Assembly (NCBI GenBank): GCA_964016885.1
Contig: OZ024744.1
Span: 3,906,001 to 3,970,000, forward strand
Direction: 5' to 3'
DNA: 64,000 nt
From: Eledone cirrhosa
Lineage: Eukaryota
Shown: positions 62,801-64,000 of the stretch, piece by piece
Numbering within the stretch: position 1 is the first letter of the stretch
How the letters are laid out: each line of letters opens with the position of its first letter
Program-made: the position numbers and the translations under genes
Notes under the pieces: generated by a model
What the model saw: the letters and a program-made list of their open reading frames with translations, nothing else
Told to the model about the DNA's origin: nothing
Databases searched by the model: none

Positions 62801-64000
62801 CTTGGTGAAGAACGAAGTTTTGGGGAAGACAATGTAGAGAAAGATAGCTTGGTGAAGAACGAAGTTTTGGGGGAAGACAAGGTAGAGAAAGATAGCTTGG
62901 TGAAGAACGAAGTTCTGAGGGAAGACAAGGTAGAGAAAGATAGCTTGGTGAAGAACGACGTTTTGTGGGAAGACAAGGTAGAGAAAGATATCTTGGTGAA
63001 GAACGAAGTTTTGACGGAAGACAAGGTAGAGAAAGATAGCTTGCGAAGAACGAAGTTTTGGGGGAAGACAAGGTAGAGAAAGATAGCTTGGTGATGAACG
63101 AAGTTTTGTGGGAGGACAAGGTAGAGAAAGATAGCTTGGTGAAGAACGACGTTTTGAGGGAAGACAAGGTAGAGAAAGATAGCTTGGTGAAGAACGAAGT
63201 TTTGACGGAAGACAAGGTAGAGAAAGATAGCTTGGTGAAGAATGACGTTTTGTGGGAAGACAAGGTAGAGAAAGATAGCTTGGTGAAGAACGAAGTTTTG
63301 AGGGAAGACAAGGTAGAGAAAGATAGCTTGGTGAATAACGAAGTTTTGGGGGAAGACAAGGTCGAAAAAGATAGCTTGGTGAAGAACGAAGTTTTGAGGG
63401 AAGACAAGGTAGAGAAAGATAGCTTGGTGAAGAACGAAGTTTTGGGGGAAGACAAGGTAGAGAAAGATAGCTTGGTGAAGAACGAAGTTTTGGGGGAAGA
63501 CAAGGTAGAGAAAGATAGCTTGTTGAAGAACGAAGTTCTGAGGGAAGGCAAGGTAGAGAAAGATAGCTTGGTGAAGAACGAAGTTTTGGGAGAAGACAAG
63601 GTAGAGAAAGATATCTTGGTAAAGAACGAAGTTTTGTGTGAAGACAAGGTAGAGAAAGATAGCTTGGTGAAGAACGAAGTTTTGGGGGAAGACAAGGTAG
63701 AGAAAGATAGCTTGGTGAAGAACGAAGTTTTGGGGGAAGACGAGGTAGAGAAAGATAGCTTGGTGAACAAGGAAGTTTTGGGGGAAGACAAGGTAGAGAA
63801 AGATAGCTTGGTGAAGAACGAAGTTTTGGGGAAGACAATGTAGAGAAAGATAGCTTGGTGAAGAACGAAGTTTTGGGGGAAGACAAGGTAGAGAAAGATA
63901 GCTTGGTGAAGAACGAAGGTTTGAGGGAAGACAAGGTAGAGAAAGATAGCTTGGTGAAGAACGAAGTTTTGGGAGAAGACAAGGTAGAGAAAGATATCTT
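56900..64000 (+). repeat. Right-end HOR set with 1,677-bp (35-mer) and 2,445-bp (51-mer) offsets, rich in the TTGCGAAG deletion allele
   Basis: 58410/60087 differ by 1677=35x48-3. 60087/62532, 60404/62849 and 60613/63058 differ by 2445=51x48-3. TTGCGAAG is followed by GTGATGAAC...TGGGAGGAC in each copy. Confidence 0.85.

Larger units (their letters stand above)
1..64000 (+). repeat. 48-bp tandem repeat (satellite/minisatellite) array, ~1,330 monomers, consensus TTGGTGAAGAACGAAGTTTTGGGGGAAGACAAGGTAGAGAAAGATAGC; extends beyond both window ends
   Basis: The monomer is readable on every line at 48-bp period (e.g. starts 523, 571, 619, 667). Occasional 47-bp and two 49-bp monomers occur. Most copies differ from consensus at 0-3 positions. 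Consensus composition is 18 A, 18 G, 9 T, 3 C. No inversion or foreign insertion seen. Confidence 0.99.

Noticed and set aside
15-63843. Dozens of + strand ORFs encoding (LVKNEVLGEDKVEKDS)n as separate genes
   Set aside because: They start at TTG codons inside monomers and end at recurrent frameshift alleles. There is no unique domain, signal peptide, RBS or intergenic sequence. They are by-products of a 48-bp period.
796-63982. Giant minus-strand ORFs (up to 3,306 aa), including hydrophobic membrane-like and Ser/Pro extensin-like stretches
   Set aside because: They overlap each other in all three frames and exist because the + consensus lacks TTA/CTA/TCA. The peptide type switches at each indel. 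Not called as CDS.
1-64000. CRISPR array
   Set aside because: No unique spacers: the variable part is only 1-3 bases per unit. No leader or cas genes.
1-64000. Telomeric repeat (TTTTGGGG, ciliate type) or G-quadruplex array
   Set aside because: T4G4-5 occurs only once per 48 bp and is the most mutated part of the monomer. G-runs are ~43 nt apart, too far for canonical G4.
1-64000. Known 48-bp coding VNTRs (MUC4, DRD4 exon 3) or TALE-like repeat code
   Set aside because: Only the unit length or concept is shared. Neither nucleotide nor peptide sequence resembles them, and the frame is repeatedly broken.
1-64000. Synthetic or purely artefactual sequence
   Set aside because: Hierarchically shared, linked variants and private mutations are what natural satellite evolution produces. 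Exact HOR copy numbers could still be mis-assembled.
1-64000. Nucleosome-length periodicity (3x48=144, 4x48=192)
   Set aside because: No consistent 3- or 4-monomer periodicity of variants is visible. Numerical coincidence only.

Overview
The whole 64 kb window is one uninterrupted head-to-tail tandem array of a 48-bp monomer, consensus TTGGTGAAGAACGAAGTTTTGGGGGAAGACAAGGTAGAGAAAGATAGC. It holds about 1,330 copies, all in the same orientation, and runs off both ends. I see no unique sequence, transposon, RNA gene, CRISPR spacer or recognisable protein domain. The ORF track follows from the monomer itself. 48 is a multiple of 3, one + frame is open (LVKNEVLGEDKVEKDS), and all three - frames are open because the + consensus lacks TTA/CTA/TCA. 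These ORFs are broken by a few recurrent 1-bp indel alleles, so the array is best read as satellite DNA, possibly derived from a coding repeat. The real information lies in the order of monomer variants. They form nested higher-order repeats (HORs): 56/66-mers paired into a ~5.85-kb unit at 1-14.6 kb, 40/41-mers at 21.9-36.6 kb enclosed by a block duplicated 19,084 bp apart, and a patchwork of 8- to 74-mer duplications at 39-64 kb. Variant alleles are spatially layered, the indel alleles can be traced to full-length precursors, and there is a CpG-decay signature. I found no evidence of a new multi-gene system. The organism and satellite family cannot be identified from the sequence alone.
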